Shown: positions 38,201-49,000 of the stretch, in pieces | Layout of the letters: the number at the start of each line of letters is the position of its first letter | How positions within the stretch are numbered: the first letter of the stretch is position 1 | Assembly (NCBI GenBank): GCA_951406725.2 | Contig: OX597819.1 | Coordinates: forward strand, 35,154,001 to 35,218,000 | Origin: Octopus vulgaris | Lineage: Eukaryota | Direction: 5' to 3' | DNA length: 64,000 nucleotides | Position numbers and translations under genes: made by a program | Notes under the pieces: model-generated | Database searches by the model: none | What the model saw: the letters and a program-made list of their open reading frames with translations, nothing else | Told to the model about the DNA's origin: nothing

Positions 38201-40575
38201 ATAATGCAAAATTTTTACTTTTCAAAAATTCCAATTCTAACGGGTCGAAACAAACCCGGGCAACGCCAGGCAATACTGCTAGTTATAGTTAAAATTGTAA
38301 TCTATTTGCGTGTACGTTTTTGTTTTTGTCGTCCCCCCCCCCCCCCTTTGTTACCAAGCTGCTGGGTATGTTGGTTGGAATTGGATTCTGTTGGTTTGGA
38401 TGCTTTAATGTATATACTGTGTTGCCGGATCACCAAGAAAAATTAGTTAATAAAAATGGAAATAAATTAGACTGCATATATTTACTTTCAAAACGATGTT
38501 CAAGTAAATCACAAGCTTATTTCTACTCGGAATATAGAAACGGTTCCCATTATTCTGCATCTGTCCTAAATTATTTAAGGCTGCATGTTGTGGTTCTGAT
38601 GGGCATTTAGCTGCTATTTCAGTAGATTGTACGACCAAATGGGGAGAGACAGTGGTTAGACGAAGTGAGTGAAATGGTTGAATTGATATGCGACTGTCTT
38701 GTGTTTACTGAAGAATTTCTTTTAGAATTTGTTCGTCTACTTTACTTAAAGTCGATGTGTCGCTGTCTTGTCAACAAACTAATTTCAGGGCTATAGTGCC
38801 GTAATAGTACATGTAGCCTTACACGTAACATAGTGAAAGAGAATTGGCGGACGTCAGGAATAGGTTGCCCACATAAGTTGGAATTTCTCCGTTTTGATGA
38901 GGATTTTTCAGATTGTTTTCCAAGTGCCTTTGGAAACGATGAGGGGGCAGCATCGTTTTAACTAAAAAAAATTTCAAAAACAATAGGTTTACCTCCCAAA
39001 AACCCACCCACCTACAGGCCGATTTTGTGGGCACTACGCACTTAAAAACTATAGGAAAAGCCTTTTCGGGAAGAAAAAAAAATTGGTAAATATTTTCAGA
39101 CGGAAAAGTGATTTAAGGGAGATTTAGTTGTTGTTTCTACCATATCCCATGACCACCTTTATCGTTTCTTTCTCACTGACAGGTTTTGACGTTTTCAGTA
39201 TGTTTCTCCACATTAATAGCATAAACTCATTTATGCTATTTAAAAAAAAAATTTTTTTGAAAATCTATGATTTATCAACCCTAACCCTCGCCGGTCCGCC
39301 AAATTTCGATATCAAAATACGACAGCAGAAAAAAGTAATATATCTCCGCTCCAAAACCATTTTTCTTCTTTAGAAATTATCTCCTGTTTCTGTTGATCCC
39401 CTCAGATTTCTTCTTGCTGACCTAACATTCTAGCAATGGATGGAATTATAGTTACAAAATGAAATTGTAAAAGATAAAGGGTTGACTTGGGAAAGAAGAC
39501 ATGTTACCATTGTTGAAAATTTCGCATATGCCCCTTGTTGTAGGCGAGCATTGGTCCAAAATTCTTACGTGTAAGTGAATGGGTTTCTTCATTTGTTTAA
39601 AACCGCTATTTCTGTAACGATAATTGGGACCGTCGCAAATGGGTCCCCAAAATTGAAAAAGAAATCTTCATCGAATCTCTGATTCCACGTGAATTCTGAA
39701 GGGCCGGTTACGTACTGCAAGTTCGGACACAGAAAATTGAAGATATTCAATTTTAAATATTATTTAGAAAAAGTTTGAGTTGTTTCAGGGTGCTAGTTCC
39801 GATACCAAAGTTAGGTGTATGTAGATGACGACGGCAATCATTGCAACAATAACATTACTATCGTATGTAGACATGTTAGAAATAGCAACCAATTCTCCCT
39901 AAAACCACATCTTTCTCTTTTATGTATGCATGAACCAATCAGAAAGACTTCGTAATCAGGAATGTTAGAAATAGTAGCTAATCCTCCCACATGACAATTT
40001 TCTGTCGAATTTGATATGACACCTAGGTATTGCCAGTGACCTGTGTTAATTAACAAAATTTGTGTGACATATTTTCCATGAGTAAAATCTAACCTCCTCC
40101 AGGTACTAACGTAAAATAATAGTGTTATTCAGTTATTACTCTAAAAAGCTAATGTGGTTATTTTTAAAATTTCATTTGCTCAGTTTAAATTTAGAGAATA
40201 CATTTCGAGTTTTTCTAAAATTCATCCTTACCTTCCTAATGCAATCACCGCATGTCCACACATTGTACTGAAACCTTCATTGTGCATAAACAAAACTCCA
40301 ATATCGGCCGAGGGGACGTTAGGTTTGACCAAAATGGCACCGTACATATCAAAATGTCCTCGAGGTTCATACATTAAAAACTTTCGGTAAGCGTCAAGAT
40401 GCAGTTTAGCATATTTCATTTTATCTAAAATGTTTTCCCCTTCCACTGGTGGAAAACCAGTTTCTATAATCCTTAGGGGTTCCCCTGCAGTGTGCATTTC
40501 AGTAGTTGTAATTTTGGTGTTACTATCTATAGTTTGATTTTCGGAAATTTGCTTCTTATTCATCGGTTCTGTCAT
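28970..40575 (-). CDS. L3HYPDH: Trans-L-3-hydroxyproline dehydratase (proline racemase family), complete 5-exon CDS, 354 aa
   Basis: Exons 40232-40575, 35807-35967, 33924-34076, 30342-30484, 28970-29233; 1065 nt in frame. Motifs MHTAGEPLRII, EPRGHFDMYGA, STMCGHAVIALGR, DVSYGGAFYA and DRSPTGSG. Confidence 0.95.
30342..30484 (-). CDS. L3HYPDH: L3HYPDH exon 4
   Basis: ETVKQEEIIHPESPALSFLYGTILTDD...TANICVFADGE; tgtag/gtaagg. Confidence 0.93.
30885..31189 (-). mobile_element. tRNA-derived SINE, family 3, with 13-bp TSD
   Basis: Minus-strand head GGCACATGGCCTAGTGGTTAGAGCAGCGGAC...GAGTTCGAATCTC (A and B boxes); TSD atacatatggaat at 30872-30884 and 31190-31202. Confidence 0.85.
31297..31670 (+). 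mobile_element. tRNA-derived SINE, family 1
   Basis: atggctgtgtgataagaagcttgc...ggttcagtccc head; 3' end gactgaaacaagc. Confidence 0.8.
31762..32051. mobile_element. Foldback/hairpin MITE (~290 bp)
   Basis: About 130-bp inverted arms (ttaggatgaat...gccccaggag...tctccagctggctat / mirror) around a ~25-bp spacer. Confidence 0.8.
33025..33371 (+). mobile_element. RTE-type LINE 3'UTR with subrepeats
   Basis: ggcacgtaaaaagcacc subrepeats and a (GAT)n tail. Confidence 0.8.
33924..34076 (-). CDS. L3HYPDH: L3HYPDH exon 3
   Basis: DIQVDVPKFGTITLDVSYGGAFYAILPASRLGLDLHKSKFRELVSAATCIT; tttag/gtaaga. Confidence 0.92.
35807..35967 (-). CDS. L3HYPDH: L3HYPDH exon 2
   Basis: YAVDKGYVKTITCPETQVNIQCPCGLVKTYVSYNNGRSGAVRFHSVPAFIHSR; AAG acceptor, gtaagg donor. 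Confidence 0.92.
36050..37710 (-). mobile_element. Degenerate CRE-like non-LTR retrotransposon (RT plus restriction-like endonuclease)
   Basis: Minus-strand peptides SIGVGGTL, LILDLRNAFNFISQD, RVQQGNPLRPALF, LPKCFGSLGLR and HYTELN.IIKQAL..PSVLEP...KRPDGFTLCPW..RCLIWDTTV (PD-D/ExK RLE). Confidence 0.75.
37887..38282 (+). mobile_element. Non-autonomous Helitron (~400 bp)
   Basis: 5' A|TC(TC)nTATATATAAAGCTGAAG; 3' subterminal hairpin ccgggcaacgccagg followed by CTAG|T; no TSD. Confidence 0.75.
40232..40575 (-). CDS. L3HYPDH: L3HYPDH exon 1
   Basis: MTEPMNKK...MHTAGEPLRII...MCGHAVIALG; donor AG|gtaagg. Confidence 0.94.
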
Positions 40576-41489
40576 TTTCTTTTCGTGTTATATACTGGTT
40601 ATAGAGTTACTTGTTACTTTCTAGATTGAAGTATCGACCGTATCGTTTAAGCTAGCTCTGTAAATTTCAGTTATCAGGATTTCGAAGGTACAGGTAATTC
40701 TGTAGCTGCCCTATATGATAAGATATCTTGATCATATGTATCTTTTCTCTCGCTCTCAATTTTCGTCAAGCACTTCTTACTATCGCGCCTTTCTTCGCAT
40801 TCCAGAAATTAATTAAGGCGGGGAGTTTTTTTTTACTCATTTGACTTTGAGAAAAAATGTACTTTTCTTTTTTTTACAAATGTTCACAACCTTACAAAAC
40901 CTATATCAGCTAAGCAAATGATCTGCTCTAACTGCATTAGAAACATTTCTAAGAAGATAATCTGAACACTATTTCAGAAAATTATCACCGTTCTCTTCGA
41001 GCATAAAAAAGACAAATTTTAGTTGGGGCAAAATGTGTTAGCCAAGATAAGGTACATTTGCCTCTTCAATTTTCCAGAATTACATTTGACAAAAGACTCA
41101 TATCCACCAATATCCATTCTTAGCACTAGCGTAACTGGTGGTGGTAGAGGCAAGATTCCCCCCGCCAAACTACCCTTTAAAAAATTTTTTCCCCCATACA
41201 ACCCCACACTTTTCGGCTACGGGGAATACGAATCTGGGATCTTTACCTTTTGATCGGCAGATTTAGAAAATAATTTTCTGTAACTAAACACTTTCAAACT
41301 TCGTATACTGGTAGAATGTGTCATATAAAACATCTTTTACTCTTAACGTTTTTGAAAAAAGTTTATATTTACGAAGTTATTTTGTGTTAAAGTTGTCGTA
41401 TTTCAGTAATTTCAACCAATCAATGACGTGTATTCAGCTCAATAAAATTACTGCCGTTGTTTGTCAACAACAACTATCGGCAAAGTTCT

Positions 41490-42399
41490 CAGCAGAGCGC
41501 CAAAGTATTTTGTCCTGGATAAAAAAGACTCGGTCAGCATCGACCGCCTAAAAAAGGCTCACCTTGAGTTTGAAATATCAACTCCATAACCTGATGCGAC
41601 AATACTAACACATTCTTCAACTGATACCCCCACGTCTGTTTCGGTGACGATGACGTGATCGGGTCGGCGAGTGTACTGGCCTTCTCGGCTTGTGCAGTAC
41701 CGTACGTTAAAATATGAAAAAAAGGATTCGGTCAATATTACACTGACCTTACATATTTATTTTTCTTTTGCTTTTATTTTTCACATTCCTGGTTTTGCGA
41801 ACTTCTTCAACATAAGCTTGTATAGGTCTTCATGCATAAGACAGCGTTTTCCACGAAAACATCTGATAGTACTCAGCAATTTAACTAACATTATTAGTCT
41901 TGTATTCATCTTTTCTTATTGTATACACTTCACATCTGTATTTGCTGCACTATTATTTCGTTAAATTTATCGTGTCCGAGAATTTCACTGACAGGGGAGT
42001 TATATTCCCCACTGAACCAATATCACAATTCGTGATCAACGAAATCTGACCAATCACGACTTCGCGTCGAATAGGCTTCAACAATGACCTTTTTTTTTTC
42101 TTTTGGCACGCTTCATTCTGGCCCTATCGACTAGTATAAATTCAGTACGTCATGAACACTAGACAGAAAGCTTTGGTATGCAGCAGAGAAAGGCATTGAC
42201 AGACACTGTAGGAGTTGACCAACAGAAACGGCTGACAACACAAAGTCAATAAACGATCAGAGGACGAACGATACCAAAAGTCAGTAGCTGGCAAGCAACT
42301 AACCACACTTTTTATACAAGAATGTTATTTCTTGTGTACGAAAAGAATAAATTGTTGTTTATTAAAATCCCAACAGACTCCATTGTTTCTTTCCGTACA
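41490..42399 (+). mobile_element. Gypsy LTR-retrotransposon 3' fragment: integrase tail, PPT, single LTR
   Basis: SVSIDRLKKAHL and T*SGRRVYWPSRL (Gypsy pol C-terminal motifs); purine tract acaggggag at about 41991-41999; putative LTR 42001-42399 with CCAAT, TATAAA, AATAAA and a ...TACA end. Confidence 0.65.
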
Positions 42400-42879
42400 A
42401 CTTGCACCAAACTAGTACCTGAATCTAATTTACTCTAACCTGGTATTACGTGTGTGTACATTAAAAATTACGAGGGAGTTGAATCGTTGCAAATGGGCAT
42501 TGAAAAAGTATTAGCAACAGGGAAAGGGGCGATAGTTAAAATAGTTTGCGAAGCATTACAAGTTGGATACAACGTCAGAAGGACGATAAACTTCCTGTAT
42601 TTGCTTTTGCTGAAGATGTAATTTTAAATGATAATCTCTTTACAGCTCAAAGACTACTGACACTGTTTTAAACCACATCTACAAAAGTGGCATTAAAAAT
42701 TAAAGAATTTAAAAACTTGAGTTATGTTTGTTGGTGATGTGACGCGTACAATTTACATAAGCAATTTTGGAAGCTCATGTAAACGACTGTGCGAAGGAGA
42801 GGTGACGAGAATCGCTCCTTTAGTACATCGTACGGTCGATACAATAAATATGGAAAGGGATAAATGCGTATAAGCGCCA

Positions 42880-43628
42880 GAAGGAAAAGTTTACCCGTTT
42901 ACCGTAATCCAGTCGAGGACCTTCTGCGATTCGTTCTGGATCTCGACAACGGTGTTAAAACGACGACCTTTGAGCTGTATTTTCATCTTTGGGAAAAGAT
43001 GGAGGTCCGGGAATAGGGCGGGTGCAGAAGCAATACCATGTTGTTTTTTGGTGAGAAACTCACGAGTGGGGAGAGCTCGGCGACAGGGTGCATTGTTGTC
43101 GTAAAGAATCCAATTCTTCGCGCTCCCCAGATTCGGTTGTTTTCGCCAGATGTCCTCCCTCAAACGTTTCAAAATGTCGTAATAGAACTCTCGATTGACG
43201 GTCTGGTCCTGGGAGACAAATTTTAGATGTACAATACCACATTTTCAGATCGTTCATCGTCTTCTATGAGCATTCTTCCGCTTTTGAAGCGCCCGTGCCA
43301 TTCGAAACATTTCGCATTATTCATTGCCTCATCGCCGTTAGCTTGCCGAAGCATGCTCAATGTCTCTGTAGCAAACCTTCCAAGATTATAACAAAATTTC
43401 ACGTTGGATCTTTGTTCCAACTTCCTGTCCATAACAAAATCGCAGACTACAGCATACACGCGATCAGAATGACACAAATTTCACAACTTGCGAACTAAAC
43501 TCAGGGATGTCACTCGGCATACTACCTGATGAAGATCACTGCTAGTTCTCATTGCACACGCAGCCGTGTGCTGCCATCTGTTGGCGCGCTGTAGAACTTG
43601 TCTGGAAACGTTTTGATCCCACCTCGTA
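42880..43628 (-). mobile_element. Internally deleted mariner element
   Basis: MDRKLEQRSNVKFC...FEWHGRFKSGR.LIEDDERS (HTH), then WILYDNNAP..., LFPKMKIQLKGRRF. Terminus TACGAGGTGGGATCAAAA on the minus strand. Confidence 0.85.
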
Positions 43629-44199
43629 TCATGAAGAGAGCCATTCCAGCAGATCGTGAAAAAGTTATAGAGAATATTTTTTGCTGAGTTTTAAGATTTA
43701 ATCGAGTTTCGTTACTTTCATATCATGTGTAATTTTTTCCACGAGCCTCTTTCAGTTTGCCCAAGGTATGCTAAAGTTTTGTTGCATTTCGGATGTCTGA
43801 GAATGGATATTGATGTGTATGAGTCTTTTCTCAAATGTAATTCTGGAAAAACTGAAGAGCAAAATTTACCTTATTTTGTCTTACTCATTTTGCCCCAGCT
43901 AAATTTGTATCTTTTATGCTCAAAGAGAATGGAGATCATTTTCTGAAATAATGTTCTGATTATGTTATAGTGGTTTTAATGCTTTCAGAAAATGTCATTT
44001 GCTTCGCTGATATAGCTTCTGTAAAGTTGTGAGCATTTGTTAAAAATATATTCTCAAGGTCAAAAATGCAGTAAATCTTGCTCATTGTGTCCCTACTCAA
44101 TATGCTTTCAGTTCTTATGACGCTTTCTCGTGTAGTTTTCTTTCTTCTTTTTTTTTCCTTCAAAAAAGAGGCTTAAACATCTGAGTCAAAATCCATACA

Positions 44200-44900
44200 T
44201 TAGTATATAATGTTAATGACATTCTCAAAATGGATGTTGTTTTATAAGTTCAATGCACGAATTAAACTTCTCTACTGAGATGACTAAATGACTAAATTTA
44301 CCTGGAGTCAAGGAGAACTAAAAAAAAAAATATTCATCATATTGAAGGTTTATCAAGCGTGCATCTTCAACACTTTCCTATACTATTTGCGAAATATAGT
44401 TGACATATACTAGACAGGAGTTAAATGTCTATCACATGAGATTCTTAGCAAAATCTTGAAGACAAATTCACGGATTCAGGTCCTTGGCAGAACAGGATCT
44501 AAACCATATTCGCAATGTTTAGTAAGCATCAATAGCTTGGTGAAATGCCCACGATAGCCTGGTGACAGGCACGGCATAGACGGAAGTGACATCCTTAAGG
44601 AGTAACAGTTAAGCTAGCTTAAGTGCGAATTGCGTTCTATAGACCGTCCCCACTTGAGATGTTAGAGATGTGTGCAGAATGGACCTCCGTTTGAAAAATA
44701 GACTAATGGGAAGATATAACATCAAACTGTTTGTCCTGTTAGTATGATGTAGGCAGGGGTTTAAAAAAATGTGGAGTACGATTGATATTAGATTTGGGCA
44801 CTAAAAAGGACATGGGTAAAATACCTCAAGTCCACACAACGACGAAGTTTTCGTCTTAGGTGACGACAATAAGGAACGCATCACACATGATGTGTCAACA
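44200..44900 (+). mobile_element. Old RTE-clade LINE ORF2 remnant
   Basis: LKVYQACIFNTFLY...YTRQELNVYHMRFL and RPHLRC*RCVQ/DVCRMDL, degenerate RTE C-terminal motifs. Confidence 0.55.
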
Positions 44901-45663
44901 TAATGAGGCTACAACGAGGAAGGGGAGGATGGAAGGACGACAGAAGAGGGAAAGAGAAGAAATTTACATTGACTTCTAAGACGAAACTTCTGGAACATTT
45001 AATAACGTTGTAAATTTACTTATGATACCGGTTTGACCCAAGGAGTCAGAAAACCCGGGAGAAATAACTTAGCACCGGTTTCACGCAGGGAGCTGAATTG
45101 ACCAAACATACACGATGTTTTAATACCGTGGAAGGAAAATAGAAGTTTATCATTTAGTTTAATATCTCTGAATTTTTATTTTTCATTTTACCCTTTTATT
45201 GTTTAAAAAAAAAAGAAACAAACACGCACACACAAAGAAACAAAAGCACATAATTAAAAAAAAATTCTGCATTTATTTTGGAATTGGTGACATCTTCTGT
45301 GCAATGACTTAATAATTAACAGAATAAGTTAGATTTACGATGAAAATAACACACATATTTAATTAAAGAAGAAGTAAAAAAAATAGCAAAAGAAACGTAC
45401 ATGTCTCTGAAATTAAAACAAAAACCACCAAGCAAAAATTATTTATATACAAGTCAGCGATAAGTTAAAAGCAGAAAACTTGTTTTACTTTTCTACTACG
45501 TTTCGTCAAGTTAATTCCGTGTTTTTAATAAGCCCAGTTTGATGCGCCAATGACACCACTTCCCTGTCACATTCACTTTCGTCGAGACGTTGCGAAAACT
45601 CTGCTAAGTTGCGGATTGAAGGTCGCTGTAGCCTTTTTAGTGTTTCCAAAACATTTATCCAGC

Positions 45664-45718
45664 ATGGCTTGGCGATCTAGTGGGAATACTAATTCGCATC
45701 TTGTTGAAAATCTCTATC
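45664..45718 (+). CDS. PCMT1: PCMT1 exon 1
   Basis: [19 protein letters not shown]|gtaagt. Confidence 0.92.
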
Positions 45719-46008
45719 GTAAGTGTAGACTATTTAAATATTTTAATTTACGTAGAATCTGAGGGCATTGGCCCTGTTGCAGAGTTTCGGTCCTAGATTC
45801 GAATATTTACCTTCTCTAAACTTGTCACTTTATACCAGTTGTTTTAATTTCTCGATTGTGATCTATTTATGTGAATCGCTTTGAAATTTCATCATTACTA
45901 GACCACTATGATTTTATTGTAGAGCTGTCTTCTTATTCTCTTCATAAATATCCGATAGTTTACAAATGCATAACAGACTTGCATTCCCTCACATCCAACA
46001 GTTATGTA

Positions 46009-46052
<44 letters not shown>

Positions 46053-49000
46053 CATACATACTCAGTGTGTGCATATTTAATTAAATGACAGTATTATTTT
46101 GCAATTTATTAATTTACTTTCATTTCGTTCTCATACTGTTGATATCGTTTCAAATATAACACCTTATATTTATTTTTAATGCGTCACCAAGTATTGATGC
46201 TGATGATGATGATGTAAAATGGATAACAAAACTTGTATCATCAGTCGCAATATTAGCAAGTGCAATAAATAGCAACGAATGTGTTATGTTACGATGTGGA
46301 ATACACGTAAAAATAGTTTTGTATATTAACGGTCATTTTCTTTTTTCAGACCTACCTGTTTACTAATTCAGACGCAGATCCTATTTTGATCTTTTTATAT
46401 ATTAATCCTGGAATGTTGTATTCATTTTACTGTTTTCAACGTTTAATCTATTTATTTGAAAGAAAATGCTATCCGCGAACTTCACAATTTTCTCTAATAT
46501 TAAATCTTATTTAAAAAATATATGTATAGTCTTCTAACTTTTAGAGAGCATTTTAATAGGTGTGAAACGGAAATATTGGCAATTATTATGAAATAATGTT
46601 GAATATGCTAAAGGTAGTTCTGGTCCCTAGACAAATTGATCATCTATAGTTGTACCATCTTAGCTGCTTATAAATGTTTCTAGTAACCTATCATTCACTT
46701 CGTTGTCAACATCTGCAGTTAATCTGACATTAAGTCACGTTGTCTAACACTCTTAAGATCAGCTGCTATTTTTGCTGCTTTTCTATACTTAGCCAATAAC
46801 CAATAATTATTTGAATCATTTGCCCTTGCAACGAAACACCCACTTTAACTATGAAATTGTCATGTCTTGCAATTTTCACTATCTCCGACTATCTTTGCTT
46901 TCTGACTTGCTTCACACTAACCCAGATGATGCAGTGACTGCAGTTTTTTTTACATTTTACGCAGTGTACACCAGTCAGTTTCCCAAATTCATATCCCTGA
47001 TCAACTTACAGATTTCGTATATGCTCTTCGTACTTTCCTAACCTTCGAAACCATTTTCGGTCCAGGCATTACGCAGTTACCCCTCACGACTCTCTGGGTA
47101 CTTCATCATCATCATTGCCTTTCTATCAATAAACACTATGATAGTACTCAGTCTATAAATTCTGAACATTCAAACAACCTAATTGATAGGTTTCTTCAGC
47201 AATTTTAAACTGGTTACACGAGAAGACAAAATGTCTCATTCTTGAGCCAAGCGCGCAAATACAAACAATTTATAGAAATGAATCCAGAGAGCAAAAGATG
47301 CATTTATGTGACATACGGCCTTCAAGCTTTCGGTTCTTGATAGTTGTCACTGTATATGCTGGAAAATTGCCAAATAACTTTTCTTTAGCTCAGGTGAATC
47401 TTTCTCTTTGCTACTATTTAACCGAAACAGCTTTATAAGCAATAATCCTACCGACAAAGCTACCACATTTGATAGCTCACCTTCTTTCAGCTCCACTTAT
47501 TAAATCTGTGGGACCCCCATTCTTTACTCACACTTCTTATCTCCCTTTGTTCATATCTACCAGTTGCTACACTTTCATGTTCGAAAGGAAATCTACTCAC
47601 TTAAATTAAGTTTTCTTTCGCTGATCAAGAGGAAAATTTCAACTAAGAAATTTTTGTATATGGCATACTCATACCATTGGCCAATTTGAATTATTTCCTT
47701 CAGTAAACTTTATTATTCAATTTTGCAAATAACACTGGCCAAAATATACTATGCTGATGAGGTTTCATAAATCGAAATATATACACAGTTGTTTGCCCCC
47801 TTGGTTGTAAACAATCCTAAAATTGAGCCCACAAACATGTATATTAACTTTGAGGGATTAGTTCTTAATGTCTTGGAATTGTCTCTTATGAGAGCTACTA
47901 ATAACTGGCACAAGGCTTTTATATTCTATCTTCAATTAAGAAGGAAGTTTCACTGATGTAAATATTTTTTGAACATCGTATTCAGTATGTCCTCCTTTAA
48001 CTTTTTATCCAAAAACAGTATTCCTCCAATATTGTCTTTGCCTTTTCATCATTGGTTCCTACAGAAGCCCCTATTCCTGCTTTTTGTCTTTATGTCTTTT
48101 ATAGAGTTGCAAAAATTCCAAGTATTTTCTGACCAGTTTTCTTTGTTATGTTTTATGGATGGAAAGTTACTATCTTTTGTCTTTCAGCGATTGTTAGTTC
48201 ACATGTAATATCTGAGCTTGGGCCTTGTCTTTGCAAACTTTCTGCCTTTGGATATTCATCAGCACTTTGCATCCACTTTTTCCTACTGATATAGGAGAGA
48301 TCATTTTACTGAGGTAATAATGTCTTTTGGCTAGATGCCCTTTTTGTTGCCAACCTTTTAACTGACTCCTTCAACATGCAGTGTCATGTGTACCATCTTT
48401 CAAACTGGGATATGCATTATTATCAACCTTTGACTATTGAGATTTTTACCCTGAAATATTTAAAAAAAACACAACAGAACATCTAATTCTCAAGAAAGAC
48501 AATCTATTGTTTCTAGTTTTCACCTTCCGGTATACTGGCTGGCACCAAACCAACTCAGTCATTTGTAATTCTTAACATGATTGCAATATTTGGAAACATT
48601 TTGCTTACAAAATTGTAAAATTAAATTAAATGTTTTATTATTGGATTGGCAGAAATTTTGTTCTGGTTCTTGATGTGTTCTTATTCTAAATCCAGTTATA
48701 GTCAGTCTTGCTTTTCTTTCTTCTTGGGTTAAAAAATAAAGTACTGGGATTTATATAATTAACTAATTCCCCTTTGCAAATACCCTGGTCTTTTGTCTAT
48801 GTTAGAAATGATTATTAACATTGTTAAAGAATGGCATAAATTTTTTCCTTTCTATTTGACTTAAATAATTGTAACTGTAAAATTTATGTGTGAGTGGTCT
48901 GATCAATAAGAATCTAGACTGTTGTCATAGTAACGAAGCTAAAGGATGCAGAGTGAAGCCATATGACAAAAATTGACCTTGAACTTTGCTGTGCATGCAC

